Notes under the pieces: model-generated
Databases searched by the model: none
Seen by the model: only the letters and a program-made list of their open reading frames with translations
What the model was told of the DNA's origin: nothing
Part shown: in pieces, positions 63,742-64,000 of the stretch
How positions within the stretch are numbered: position 1 is the first letter of the stretch
How the letters are laid out: the number at the start of each line of letters is the position of its first letter
Source of the DNA: Antedon mediterranea
Lineage: Eukaryota > Animalia > Echinodermata
Direction of reading: 5' to 3'
Assembly: GCF_964355755.1 (NCBI RefSeq)
Contig: NC_092674.1
Location: 14,136,001 to 14,200,000, forward strand
Length of the DNA stretch: 64,000 nt
Position numbers and translations under genes: made by a program

Positions 63742-64000
63742 CTGCCATAAAATATAAAAACAAAGTACAGTATAACACCATTAAAAATGTTGAAAGTATT
63801 AACCCTTTCTGAAGATGTTTTGGAAAAAAGTCTGGGTTTTCAGTTTTATGACATAATTTGTCATGATATATTTTAGAATATAAAATATGGAACCAATCAA
63901 ATAGATTTTTTTTTTCACTGAATGAGATTTTACATAATGATTTTGGTAATCATTGCTGTGTCATCACCCAGGGTAAAATGTTCATGCTTGTTTTCAAAGA

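Overview
AT-rich eukaryotic (animal, invertebrate-like) genomic DNA, mostly intron. A minus-strand multi-exon gene can be spliced by hand across about 47 kb. It has four 99-bp phase-0 ankyrin-repeat exons, two divergent capping-type ankyrin exons, a linker and a Roc-type GTPase domain (P-loop GQEGVGKT, switch-I-like ITDGV), so it looks like an ankyrin-ROCO gene. Its start codon and its 3' end (expected COR region) were not found in the window. Three ankyrin exons are duplicated cassettes with homologous flanking introns. Their differences cluster at the ankyrin binding-surface codons and are mostly non-synonymous. The introns carry nested TEs: LINEs (CR1/L2/Crack-like, Rex1-like, L1/Tx1-like, one with an intact 1055-aa ORF2), a non-autonomous Helitron family (4 copies), Tc2-like, MULE-like, ISL2EU-like and Harbinger elements, a split tRNA-SINE, a 5S-rRNA-derived SINE-like element with a LINE-type tail, and higher-order minisatellites. 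Paralogue comparisons also show 5-bp TA-xxx-TA micro-insertions that resemble transposon excision footprints. All calls come from manual reading; no database search was run.
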